Source of the DNA: a virus
Lineage: Duplodnaviria; Caudoviricetes
Length of the DNA: 64,000 nucleotides
Reading direction: 5' to 3' (one strand)
IMG/VR virus record: IMGVR_UViG_3300009095_000015
Span: 10,260 to 74,259 of that record
The notes under the pieces are model-generated. The model searched no databases. It had not been told where the DNA came from and saw only the letters and a program-made list of their open reading frames with translations. A program made the position numbers and the translations under genes. This document shows, in pieces, positions 63,893-64,000 of the stretch. Within the stretch, counting starts at the first letter, position 1. Each line of letters begins with the position of its first letter.

Positions 63893-64000
63893 TCAGTCTT
63901 CGTCGTCTTCGTCGTCGTCTTCGTCGTCGTCTTCGTCGTCTTCGTCGTCTTCGTCGTCGTCTTCGTCGTCGTCTTCGTCGTCGTCTTCGTCGTCTTCGTC
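63893..64000 (-). CDS. 3' end of a gene truncated by the window: at least 35 consecutive Asp/Glu codons
   Basis: Only GAC/GAA codons from 64000 down to TGA at 63893-63895. Confidence 0.8.
   Translation of the reverse strand, partial: DEDDEDDDEDDDEDDDEDDEDDEDDDEDDDEDDED

Noticed and set aside
1-64000. tRNA or rRNA genes
   Set aside because: No cloverleaf or rRNA-like sequence seen in the few intergenic gaps

Overview
This 64-kb window is part of a contractile-tailed jumbo phage genome, and every credible gene lies on the minus strand. Read in transcription direction (right to left), the first block is an acidic-tailed gene cut by the window edge, a histone-like RGRKP-repeat protein, a degenerate DNA methyltransferase, a SWIM Zn-finger protein, a sigma-like factor, a gp32-like SSB, RecA, an HNH protein and a DnaB helicase. 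Next come the large terminase with two inteins, KTSC and GNAT genes, the portal, a gp5/VgrG-like spike and fibre genes, then a coupled SprT-MmcB-Tmk-TopIB operon. An 18-kb accessory block follows, with four large paralogs, three ADP-ribosyltransferase-like proteins and a zincin. The window ends with scaffold, decoration and major capsid genes, then tail terminator, sheath, two tubes and baseplate genes. Gene content and order resemble the Erwinia/Dickeya Y3-Alexandra-JA11 and PaBG/Lu11/RSL1 jumbo phages (inference, not a database result). The main observation is that about 11 otherwise unrelated proteins in the accessory block start with the same short leader, M-x(1-4)-[hydrophobic]-[S/A/T]-[L/I]-[A/S/E]-[A/G/T] (for example MKVNIALAA). 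It resembles an A-x-A-S motif found 12 times in the scaffold and in the MCP propeptide. Together these suggest a head-loading and protease-maturation address code for a cargo of injected effectors, including topoisomerase IB.
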